DNA of 64,000 nt. Origin: Opitutales bacterium (GTDB lineage Bacteria; Verrucomicrobiota; Verrucomicrobiia; Opitutales; UBA2987). The stretch is taken from assembly GCA_965226885.1 (NCBI GenBank), contig CBDDEL010000012.1:96001-160000 (forward strand). The letters run 5' to 3'. Below the pieces are notes generated by a model. That model saw only the letters and a list, made by a program, of their open reading frames with translations. It was not told where the DNA came from and ran no database searches. Of the stretch, positions 53,138 to 62,544 are shown piece after piece. The stretch's first letter is position 1, and each line of letters starts with the position of its first letter. A program made the translations under genes and the position numbers.

Positions 53138-55024
53138 TCATCGGTTGAGGTTGAAATTGCTAACTGCCTCCGCGGTGCGTAGGGCGCGGGTATAGATGCG
53201 TAATGAGTGAATCGCGCCTTTCACATTTTCGCCGATGCGTAACGTATCACCACCGTTGGCCTCTCTCAGATGCGGGCTGAATCGACCCCATCCGAACTGT
53301 CGGTATTCACCACCATCACAGAACTTGCCGTCTACGACAAAGGAGATGATCTTCGGACCACCGTCAACGATGACTGTTAGGTGATGGCTTTTTTCCGCCT
53401 CCAAACAATCGGGATCGCAGTCCCATCGGTTTTCGGTTCGCCCATCGTTGAGGACGATCTCGATGGTACCATTATTTGTCGTCTGCAGGCAGAGGCCTTT
53501 GCCGTCGTCGCGGTGGTTTTCGATCAGGACTTGCCCGGGATCAAGGAATTCCAACGCGAACGACACGTCGAGTGTGAATCCCTGACGCAGGTCGCGCGTC
53601 CCGTAACCGTGGCCAGTGTTATCGCGCTCATTGAAATGTGGGAGGTCCGGGGCAGGTATCCCAGCCGTTTTTATTCCGGACTCCTCGGACAGATTCAGGA
53701 TAAGGCCTTCTTCGGCGATTCCTTTGGCCTCGAATGAATTCCACATCCCTTGAAGAAGCACAGGATCGACCTCGTGCACCCGGGCGATAAACTTTTGCGT
53801 TTCGCTGAGATAATAGCAGCCCTTCTCCTCGATGAGGTCGGGATAGCTGATTCGGATGTAGGGGTCATCCTCATAGAGGACGATTTCCGGTTGCGACCAC
53901 TGGATCCGTTTCCCTTCCGGAGTGGCGGTTTCAGTGCCACCGCTGAGCCATACCGGATTGCGATCCTGGTAGGAGATGGTCCTCCGTTGTGGATGTTCGC
54001 GAATCTGCCGCCCGCCGTGATTATGAAACCAGTATAGGAACTTACCGTTCTGGCACCGCCAGGCGAAATTAGCGGCGCGGGGATGCTTCATCCGCCGGCC
54101 GTCGGCATAGGTTGTGTACTCAGGCTCGGTCCAGGTATGGCCACCATCGTAACTGTAGGTGCAGACGGAATACCCCTCGATGGTACGGTAGACGCAATAT
54201 AGGGTTCCATCGCTTAGAACCGTGAAACTCTGTTCTTCGGCAATGGGCCCGCCTCCCGGTGGCGCCTGCAGACCGACCTCGCCATCGGGCAGGGTCTCCC
54301 ACTCGATCTTGTCGGGATCGTCGGCGAGAAGAAGGTTTTGGCTCGCCAGAAGAGCGCCTTCGGACGCTGTGAACCACCCCTCTCCAAAGCCTCCTACTTT
54401 ATGAATGGGAAGAAACGCTGTTCCCTCAAAAGTGAATGGCCGACCCACGTTCCAGAAAAACCGGATTTTGCCCTGGTATACATTTTTGCGATCGATCTCA
54501 AATTCACGGACCGGAATGGTATAGCGCTTGTCGGACCAACTGCGGCCATGATCGTCACTGTATTTGAGAACATAATACCCAAATGAATCCATACGTTGGG
54601 TGTAACCGCTCGAATAGGGCGGGTTATCCGCCTTCAATTCGCGTCTGTTATCTGTGTTGTGGATATAGAAGGCATAGATGCGGCCGGAAGGCGCGGTGAG
54701 AGCAACGGCCCAGGAGGCTTCTGGCCCGCCGGGCGGCTCCATGGGTACGGGATCTTCCCAGGTCTTCCCGCAGTCCATGCTTCGCAAAGAGATCACGTGT
54801 TGGCCTTGCTCTCCTTCTTTTCCCGATCCCGTGGTCATGACGCATAGCCAAGCACCGTCATTTGTCTTCACAATGTAGGGTTGATCTGCGTAGTGGAGGC
54901 TGGGAATCTCGCTTCCGTAGCTGATATGTCGCTTATCCGGCAGAGTTTCCGTCTGCCGCTTGCCTTCGGCGAGTCGCTGGTCGGCTAAGGACGTGCTGTT
55001 GGAATCCCTATTCTGTTGTTTCAT
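53138..55024 (-). CDS. Sialidase-like BNR protein with C-terminal LamG domain
   Basis: Asp-boxes SMDCGKTW, SDDHGRSW and SYDGGHTW; ISYPD; HHLTVIVDG..LRIYTRAL. Confidence 0.88.
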   Translation of the reverse strand: MKQQNRDSNSTSLADQRLAEGKRQTETLPDKRHISYGSEIPSLHYADQPYIVKTNDGAWLCVMTTGSGKEGEQGQHVISLRSMDCGKTWEDPVPMEPPGGPEASWAVALTAPSGRIYAFYIHNTDNRRELKADNPPYSSGYTQRMDSFGYYVLKYSDDHGRSWSDKRYTIPVREFEIDRKNVYQGKIRFFWNVGRPFTFEGTAFLPIHKVGGFGEGWFTASEGALLASQNLLLADDPDKIEWETLPDGEVGLQAPPGGGPIAEEQSFTVLSDGTLYCVYRTIEGYSVCTYSYDGGHTWTEPEYTTYADGRRMKHPRAANFAWRCQNGKFLYWFHNHGGRQIREHPQRRTISYQDRNPVWLSGGTETATPEGKRIQWSQPEIVLYEDDPYIRISYPDLIEEKGCYYLSETQKFIARVHEVDPVLLQGMWNSFEAKGIAEEGLILNLSEESGIKTAGIPAPDLPHFNERDNTGHGYGTRDLRQGFTLDVSFALEFLDPGQVLIENHRDDGKGLCLQTTNNGTIEIVLNDGRTENRWDCDPDCLEAEKSHHLTVIVDGGPKIISFVVDGKFCDGGEYRQFGWGRFSPHLREANGGDTLRIGENVKGAIHSLRIYTRALRTAEAVSNFNLNR

Positions 55025-55025
55025 A

Positions 55026-56381
55026 CTAGAAATCGACTTGTACTCTTTGCACCCGCTGCTCTTCTTTGGCGTGTGTGTACTGGTGCAGGCGGATGCGGTC
55101 GGCGAGGAGCTTTTCCATCAGTTCGGCAGTGATGCGTTCGTATCCCGCGACACCGGTGAGGTTACTCAACTCGTGGGGATCATTGACGAGGTTGTAGAGG
55201 TGCTGCACGCCACCCGCCTGGGGGTCGTAGACAAGCTTCCAGTTGCCGGTGCGGATCATGACCGCGGTGCCGAGTTCCGAGATTATCTCACGATGGATTC
55301 CCGTGGACGAATCACTTCCCATCGCCGCGAGGATGTTGCGTCCCGAACGGATGCGGGACTTCGGCATATCGCATCTGGCCAGGTGGAGAAGGGTAGGATA
55401 GAGATCAAGGTGGGAAAGGAGGCACTTGCTCACGCGTGGGCCGTTCATGCGTTCTTCTTTTGCGATACCCGGACCCGCCATGATGAAGGGCACGCCCACA
55501 CTTTGTTCGTAAAAGAATCGTTTTTCCCAGATGCCGAAATCTCCCAGGTTTTCCCCGTGATCGGAGGTGAATATAACAACTGTGTTCTCAGCCAGGTTAC
55601 GGTCTTTGAGCACCTGAATCAGGGTCCCCATATAACTATCAATCAAGGAACATTTATCCATGTAGTGTGCTCGCCGAATACGTTCTTCTTCCGTGTCTTC
55701 GCGGCCCAGCGGTGCCGGCATATCCTTCGGTCTGTGTTTTAACTCTCCGGGATGCCAAAAGGGAGGATGCGGACCGATAAAGGATAGGTTCAGGTAAAAT
55801 GGTTTATCACCGTTGTAATGCTCGACGAAGTCGATGCCGTGGCGCCCGATAAACCCTTCCGCGGTTTCGTCAGGATCATCAAAGGGATGCCGGTAGCCGC
55901 CTTTTTTCAGCGCTTCTCGGAATTCCTTCAGCTTTCCCTTCCCCTTCAGGTAATGTGTGTATTCGTCGTCGTTGTGCCCGTTCTCGGCATCGTCCTGAAC
56001 CTGGAAGACGTGATCAAACCCGTAATCCGCGATCAGTCCGTTATTTTCGCACGTGTCGACGCCCAGGCCGTAAGAATCGATGTAATGATGCTTGCCGATC
56101 ATCGCCGTGTAGTAACCGGTCCTTTGTAGGTGATGCATGAAGGTATCGTGGCGAAGGAATTCATCCAGTGGTTCCGTCTGGTTGCCACAGATGCCAGTCT
56201 GCGAATTGTGCAATCCGCTCATGATGCAATTGCGCGAAGGCATGCACAACGGCGAGGCGCAATAGGCATTTGTGAAGCGGATCCCCTCCTCTGCCAACTT
56301 CATCAGATTCGGCGTGCTGGACCCCAGCGCGCTGCGCCGGAGGTGATCGGTTAGGATTAAGATGATGTTCGGATGATTCAT
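55026..56381 (-). CDS. Sulfatase (choline-sulfatase-like)
   Basis: PNIILILTDH, CMPSR, GKHH, PHPP and FTSDHG motifs. Confidence 0.93.
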   Translation of the reverse strand: MNHPNIILILTDHLRRSALGSSTPNLMKLAEEGIRFTNAYCASPLCMPSRNCIMSGLHNSQTGICGNQTEPLDEFLRHDTFMHHLQRTGYYTAMIGKHHYIDSYGLGVDTCENNGLIADYGFDHVFQVQDDAENGHNDDEYTHYLKGKGKLKEFREALKKGGYRHPFDDPDETAEGFIGRHGIDFVEHYNGDKPFYLNLSFIGPHPPFWHPGELKHRPKDMPAPLGREDTEEERIRRAHYMDKCSLIDSYMGTLIQVLKDRNLAENTVVIFTSDHGENLGDFGIWEKRFFYEQSVGVPFIMAGPGIAKEERMNGPRVSKCLLSHLDLYPTLLHLARCDMPKSRIRSGRNILAAMGSDSSTGIHREIISELGTAVMIRTGNWKLVYDPQAGGVQHLYNLVNDPHELSNLTGVAGYERITAELMEKLLADRIRLHQYTHAKEEQRVQRVQVDF

Positions 56382-56690
56382 ACTTGTAAATGAAGGGAAT
56401 AAGAGCTTTAAAATATATGATATATCAAAAATGTTGACTGGGAAAAACTTTCTTTGTCTTTAGCGGGATGGCGAAGGAGCCCGGAGATTTCGAAGGACGA
56501 ATTAGATTCTGGCTACGAAATACCAAAATGACCGAATACAACGTCTCCAAGGCCATGGTAAAAATGTTCATTGCAGAAGCGGGCGAGCTCGAGGTCGGAA
56601 GAGTAATAGGGTCGGAGGGTACGTTATGAATTGGGGTTGGAGATCAAGGAACGTCTTTACCGCACAGATTTTCATTTTAATATTTGCTAT

Positions 56691-58021
56691 CACTAGTGTC
56701 CAGTTAAGCGGCCAGTCTAAAGTCGTATTTCGTTGATGATGTGTTTGTTGAGTAGCCACATGGATGTGACGCATTTGAAGTTAGCTGGCGCTTTCCGCAC
56801 CCTTTTTGAGACTGGGCAGCATGAACGAAGGCCGCCTTGCATTCACGCAGGCGATGGATTTGCTCCATCGCGAACAGTTCGAACGCTGCGTTAGTCTTTA
56901 TCCCATGCCAAGAACCAGTCGTAGTTTCAGTGCCCGTGATCAGTTCTTGAGCATGGCCTTTGCGCAAATGACATTCCGTGAGAGTTTGCGTGACATCGAG
57001 GCGTGTCTGCGGGGAAGTCCTCACTTGTATGCGATGGGAATCCGGGGCAATGTGACACGCACGAACTTGGCCTACGCCAACGAGCATCGCAACTGGCGCC
57101 TTTACGAAGCATTGGCTCAAGTGCTCATCGCCAAGGCGCGCCGTTTGTATGCCCAAGACGCGATTGGATTGAATGTAGACGAGATGGTTTATGCCCTGGA
57201 TGCCTCGACCATAGACCTGTGCCTGTCGTTGTTTTCGTGGGCAACATTTCGCCGCACCAAGGCGGCCATCAAACTGCATACGATGATGGACTTGCGTGGC
57301 TCCATCCCTATATTCATCAGTATTACAGACGCAAGCGTGCATGACGTGAACATCCTTGATGAACTGGCTTTTGAACCCGCAAGCATTTACGTAATGGATC
57401 GTGGTTACGTCGATTTTCAGCGGCTCTTTCGCATCCATTTGGCTGCTGCCTTCTTCGTCACCCGCGCCAAAAGCAATATGAGTTTTTACGTTAGTGCTTC
57501 CCAACCCGTGGACCGATCCAGCGGAATCAGTTGCGACCAGATCATCGGATTGAAAGTCGCCAAAAGCAAAAGCCAATACCCCGGCAAGCTCCGGCGCATT
57601 CGCTACCGCGATGGCGCAACTGGCCAGAGGCTGGTCTTCCTCACCAACAACTTCACCTTGCCCGCCTTGACTATCGCGGCCATTTACAAAAGCCGCTGGC
57701 GCATTGAGCTGTTCTGCTGGCGCATTGAGCTGTTCTTTAAGTGGATCAAGCAAAACCTCCGCATCAAGGCTTTCTACGGCACCACCGAAAACGCCGTGAA
57801 GACCCAAATTTGGGTAGCCATATGCGTTTATCTCATGGTCGCCTGTTTGAAAAAAGTGCATGGAGTCACTGAAAGTCTGAGTCGGATTCTGCAAGTTTTG
57901 AGTGTGAACGTCTTTCAAAAAGATCCTGTATATCAACTACTTGCAAAGTTCGAAACAAGAAAGCCAAACTTAGCATTACACAACCAGTTGATGCTCAAGG
58001 GCTTTTAACTGGACACTAGTG
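56691..58021 (+). mobile_element. IS4-family element
   Basis: 17-bp inverted repeats cactagtgtccagttaa / ttaactggacactagtg. Confidence 0.93.
56821..58008 (+). CDS. IS4 transposase (DUF4372 + DDE) with a 7-aa duplication
   Basis: RESLRDIE, LDASTI, MDRGY and YKSRWRIELF(CWRIELF)FKWIKQ motifs. Confidence 0.9.
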   Translation: MNEGRLAFTQAMDLLHREQFERCVSLYPMPRTSRSFSARDQFLSMAFAQMTFRESLRDIEACLRGSPHLYAMGIRGNVTRTNLAYANEHRNWRLYEALAQVLIAKARRLYAQDAIGLNVDEMVYALDASTIDLCLSLFSWATFRRTKAAIKLHTMMDLRGSIPIFISITDASVHDVNILDELAFEPASIYVMDRGYVDFQRLFRIHLAAAFFVTRAKSNMSFYVSASQPVDRSSGISCDQIIGLKVAKSKSQYPGKLRRIRYRDGATGQRLVFLTNNFTLPALTIAAIYKSRWRIELFCWRIELFFKWIKQNLRIKAFYGTTENAVKTQIWVAICVYLMVACLKKVHGVTESLSRILQVLSVNVFQKDPVYQLLAKFETRKPNLALHNQLMLKGF

Positions 58022-58460
58022 ATATTAAATATATCTGGCAGGATAAATGCAACCATATTCACCTCTTTGAAAGTTTCAATTCTATCTTGAAGCCATTGTG
58101 TTTCTTATTCAAGCCCATATTTTCCATTTCATCATAAGAAAATTTGTTTGAAATAATCGCTATGTGTTTAATAATAAGTTATTTAAGTATACTTATAGCG
58201 AAAGCGAACAAATTCTTAAAATCCAATGGGTGACGCAAAAAAGAGCAGTTTTCGGGTTCAATTCAACCGTCGAATCAAGTTGGAGTTCCACGGTGCGAAG
58301 GTTACCAGTGATGCAGGATTGTTACTCTACCGGGAACTTGATGAGGCTTTCGGGCTGACTGCGATAGGAAGCGAAAATGTCGTGGATGTAAACGCCGGGG
58401 AAAAACCGGTACGGTAAAGAGGGCGCTTTAAAACCGGTACGCTTATCCTAGAAAGGAGGA

Positions 58461-59968
58461 GTGTATCGAGATATGAAGCAATGGACAAGAGTGCGGCACA
58501 AAGTGCTGCGGGACAAGCAGAGCAAGCGCTCTGTAATGCGAGAAGAGGGACTGCACTGGGAGACCCTGGGAAAGATGCTGGCCTATTCCCAGCCGCCGGG
58601 ATACCGGCGCAAGAAGAGGCGAGAGCGCAAGATCGATCCGTATGTGGGCTGGATCGAGGAGGTGCTCAAAGCGGACCGGAACGTGCCCAAGAAGCAGCGC
58701 CATACGGCCAAACGGATCTACCAGCGTTTGGGTCGGGAGAAGGGCTACCAAGGGGGCTACACGGCGGTCAAGGAGGTGGTGGCCGAGCTGCGAGCGAGGC
58801 GGCGGGAAGTGTTCGTGCCGCTGGAGCACCGCCCCGGGGAGGGACAGGTGGACTTCGGTCATGCCCTGGTGAAGGAGGCGGGGCAATTGCGTAGGCGGCC
58901 ATTTTTTGCCATGAGCCTGCCCTACAGCGATGCCTTTTTCGTGCAGGTGTTCGAACGGGAGTGCACGGAGAGCTTCTGGGAGGGGCACCTGCGAGCTTTT
59001 GAGTTTTTCGGGGCGGTGCCCCGGCGCATCAGCTACGACAACTCGAAGGTGGCGGTGGGTAAGATTATCGGTTCGCGTGAACGCAAGCTGACCGACGGGT
59101 TTCTGCAGCTACAGAGCCATTACCTGTTCGAGGAACACTTCTGTCTGCCCGCCCGGCCCAACGCGAAGGGCGTGGTCGAGGGGATCGTGCGTTATGCCCG
59201 GGCCAACTTCCTGGTACCGGTACCGCAGGTTCGGGACCTGGAGGAACTCAACGCAAAGCTGTTGGAGGCATGTGAGCGGGACATGGAGCGTAAATTACGC
59301 GGGAAAAGGGCGGTGAAAAAGGAACTGCTGGCCGAGGAGCGCGCCGTCATGCTGCCGTTGCCGCCCATACCCTTTGAAGCGAGCCGCAAACGCTCGACCT
59401 GCGTCAGCAGCCTCTCGCTGGTGCGCTTCGAGTGCAACGACTATTCGGTGCCGGTGCGCTGCGCCCACCATCCGGTGGTGGTGGAAGGGTCCTGTCGGCA
59501 GGTGGTGATCTTCTGTGGGGGCCAAGAGGTGGCCCGGCACCGCCGCATTTGGGATAAAGAGCAAGTCTCTTTCGAGCCGGTGCACTACCTGGCTTTGCTG
59601 GAGAAAAAACCGGGCGCTTTGGACTTCGCCCGCCCACTCTCGGGCTGGCAGTTGCCGCAGTGCCTGCAGGTCCTCAGACGCCGGCTCGAAAGCCAATGCG
59701 GGGGCGAAGGCACCCGGGAGTATATCCGGGTGCTGCGGCTGTTGGAGAAACACCCCATGGCGGCCTTGCAGCAGGCCGTCGTCTCGGCCCTGCGGGTGGG
59801 GGGACTGACTCGTGAGGCCATCGCCCAGTATCTCTATCCTCAGGAAGACTACGGGAGCAGAACCTTCCGGCTGGGGACGGCCATCCACACCTGCGTCACG
59901 TCCGTGTGGCCGCCCCTGACCTCGGTGCCTACAGCGAACTGCTCAAGATTCCAGGAGGGGCTTTATGA
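58461..59968 (+). CDS. istA: IS21 transposase IstA (frameshift near 59875)
   Basis: QVDFG, YDN and KGVVE motifs; the alternative frame after ctggggac reads DGHPHLRHVRVAAPDLGAYSELL and ends at a TGA overlapping the istB ATG. Confidence 0.88.
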
Positions 59969-60732
59969 AGGAAGAAAAAAACCAGCTGCTGTTACACCAT
60001 CACCTCAAGAAACTGAAGTTGCCCACCATCCTGCGCGAATGGCCGGCGGTGGCCGCGGCTTGTTCCCGGGACCGGCTCGATTACGCCGCCTTTTTGTTGC
60101 ATCTGGTCGAACGGGAGCTCATTGAACGCGAACAGCGGGCCGCCCAGCGGCGGATCAAAAACGCCCGTTTCCCCGTGCTCAAGACCCTCGAGAGCTTCGC
60201 CTTTGAAGCGCAGCCCTCGATCAACGAAGCGCTCATCCGAGAGCTCATGCGCGGGGAGTATGTCGACCAGCGCGAAAACGTGCTGCTCCTCGGTAACGCC
60301 GGTACCGGTAAAACGCACCTGGCCACCGCCCTGGGCTTTGCCGCCTGTGCCCAGGGCCGGCGGATCCGTTTCTTCGGGGTCACCGCCCTGGTTACCCATA
60401 TGCTCGAGCAACGCGACAACCACGACCTGCAGCGCTTCATGAAGCAACTCGAAAGGCTCGACCTACTCATCCTCGACGAACTCGGTTACGTCCCTTTTTC
60501 CAAGACCGGTTCCGAACTGCTCTTCGACGTGGTCAGCCGCGCTTACGAGCGCACCAGTCTCATCGTCACCACCAACCTGCCCTTTGAGAACTGGATCGAA
60601 GTGCTCGGTTCCGAACGGCTCACCGGAGCTCTGCTGGACCGACTCACCCATCGGGTGCATATCCTCGAAGCCAACGGGCAAAGCTACCGCTTGCGCGATG
60701 CTCGACGCCGTCGCCGTGGCACAAAACAATAA
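59965..60732 (+). CDS. istB: IS21 helper ATPase IstB
   Basis: GNAGTGKTHLA, LILDELGY, TTNL and ALLDRLTHR motifs. Confidence 0.96.
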   Translation: MKEEKNQLLLHHHLKKLKLPTILREWPAVAAACSRDRLDYAAFLLHLVERELIEREQRAAQRRIKNARFPVLKTLESFAFEAQPSINEALIRELMRGEYVDQRENVLLLGNAGTGKTHLATALGFAACAQGRRIRFFGVTALVTHMLEQRDNHDLQRFMKQLERLDLLILDELGYVPFSKTGSELLFDVVSRAYERTSLIVTTNLPFENWIEVLGSERLTGALLDRLTHRVHILEANGQSYRLRDARRRRRGTKQ

Positions 60733-60980
60733 ACGCCTTGGGCCCGGCTCGTCGGCCTCCGGCCTCCTCACCGACCCCAAGCCAATCCCCAAAACCAACT
60801 CCCAAACCCTAAACCTTGACGTACCTGCAATTACTAACCTAAACCTTATTCCAAGCGTACCGGTTTTACCCCGACCCCCGTACCGGTTTCATCCCGGCGT
60901 TTACACGTGGAGGAGCGCACGGGCAAAAATATCCAGCATGGTATAGCGGCTCTGCTTCGGCAGTCTGTCTTCAGTCGCCT

Positions 60981-61180
60981 GGCAACCTACAAGACACGAA
61001 TTGATCTCATCTGAAGCATATCTGAGTTGGCCATCACCAACCCGGATACTCCTGGCATTTTTAACGCTGTCACAGATCAACAGCTTTTTGAGTCCTTCCG
61101 AGAATGGGTCCATATAACTCGTCGGAGGAAGGACTCGAAAAAGCTGGGCAATCATACTGAGGCAACCTACAAGATACGAA
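60981..61180. other. 160-bp structured non-coding insert between 20-bp direct repeats
   Basis: ggcaacctacaaga(c/t)acgaa at 60981-61000 and 61161-61180; transposase homology stops at the first repeat and resumes at the second. Confidence 0.85.
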
Positions 61181-62528
61181 CGATGCGGAGCGACTGCGCT
61201 TTGATCCGGTCATGAGGCAGATTGTCGGGGGTCGTGCCGATTGGCAACCGGCGGCTTCGACCAGTGAAATGAGCCGCTTTGAAACACAGATGTTAACCAA
61301 GCCTGCGAATCTGAGCGCACTGATGGACATGAGTGGTCAATGGATCGACCAGGTGAATAGGCGAGTGGGGATGAAAAAATTGATTCTCGATATGGATAGT
61401 TCGGAGAGCCCTACTTACGGGAAGCAGGAAGGCTCGGCCTTCAACGGTCATTTCGGCTGCACCTGTTACCATCCCCTGTTCTGCTTCAACCAGTTTGGTG
61501 ATCTGGAACGGGCCAACCTGCGTAAAGGCAATGTGCACAGTGCCGACGATTGGTTGTCGGTGCTCCAACCGGTCGTTGCCCGCTATCGTGACTGTCCCCT
61601 GAAACGATTTTTCCGAGGTGACGCAGCCTTCGCCAATCCGGACCTCTACGGTTACCTTGAGCAAGAGAACTTCTCCTATGCCATTCGGCTGCAGAGCAAC
61701 ACGATTTTACAAAAACATATCGCCCCTTTACTCACTCGGCCAGTGGGGCGACCCTCGCGGGCACCCAAGGTGTTTTATACGAGTTTTTTGTATCAAGCCG
61801 CCAGTTGGCAGAGACCTCGCCGGGTGGTGGCCAAGGTCGAGTGGCAGGCCGGAGAGTTATTTGCGCGGGTCGGTTTCATCGTGACGAATCTGAACTGGCC
61901 ACCCAAGAAGGTAGTGAAATTTTACAACCACCGGGGCACCGCAGAGCAGTGGATCAAAGAGGGCAAACATGCCATCCACTGGACCCGCTTGTCCTGCCAT
62001 GACTTTGAGGACAACGCCGTTCGGCTTCAGCTCTTCGGCTTAGCCTACAATCTGGGTAACTTCATGCGCCGGTTGATTCTTCCCGGCAAGGTGAAGCACT
62101 GGATGCTGAGCTCTCTACGGGAGAAACTCATCAAAATCGGAGCAAAGGTGATCCACCATGCCAAGTATATCACTTTCCAGATGGCTGAGGTGGCCATCCC
62201 AAGAGAAATGTTTCGAACCATGCTGAAGCGAGTAGAGCGACTGCGACTCGCACCTGATACGGGGTGAGTAAGAAGATTTTTCGATACAAAAGGAACCAGT
62301 GCTGTGGAAACCTCCAACAGAAGGAAAGACCTTTCCCATGTTTGACCGAACAAAAGGAAAATCAGCAATAATTGTTAAATACTACCGATTTGATCATCAA
62401 ATAACGAAGGAATGGATTGCCAAATCACAATGAAAGTAGATAATTGGATCGAAATATTAGAAAGTAGTTATTTTCAACGATTACGAATGTTCATATGGGA
62501 AATCTCGGCTATAACCATTACAATTATG

Positions 62529-62544
62529 GGTAGTGTATTAAGTA
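62529..62544 (-). mobile_element. IS1 right-end stub cut by IS5 insertion
   Basis: ggtagtgtattaagta is the reverse complement of the IS1 right end at 53064-53079. Confidence 0.8.

Larger units (their letters stand above)
58387..60905 (+). mobile_element. IS21-family element nested in IS1380 type B
   Basis: Ends tgtaaacgccggg / cccggcgtttaca; 6-bp target duplication cgtgga; subterminal aaaccggtacg repeats. Confidence 0.96.
58114..62508 (+). mobile_element. IS1380-family element (type B), disrupted
   Basis: Transposase pieces 58226-58386 (TSDAGLL), 60906-60990 and 61170-62267 (LDMDSS, RGDAAF, RGTAEQWIKE); imperfect repeats cccatattttccat / atgggaaatctcgg, so ends are approximate. Confidence 0.85.

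Noticed and set aside
60981..61180. Integron attC cassette or group II intron remnant
   Set aside because: No RYYYAAC/GTTRRRY pair forming a single long hairpin, no GTGCG start or domain V motif, and no integrase or reverse transcriptase in the window.
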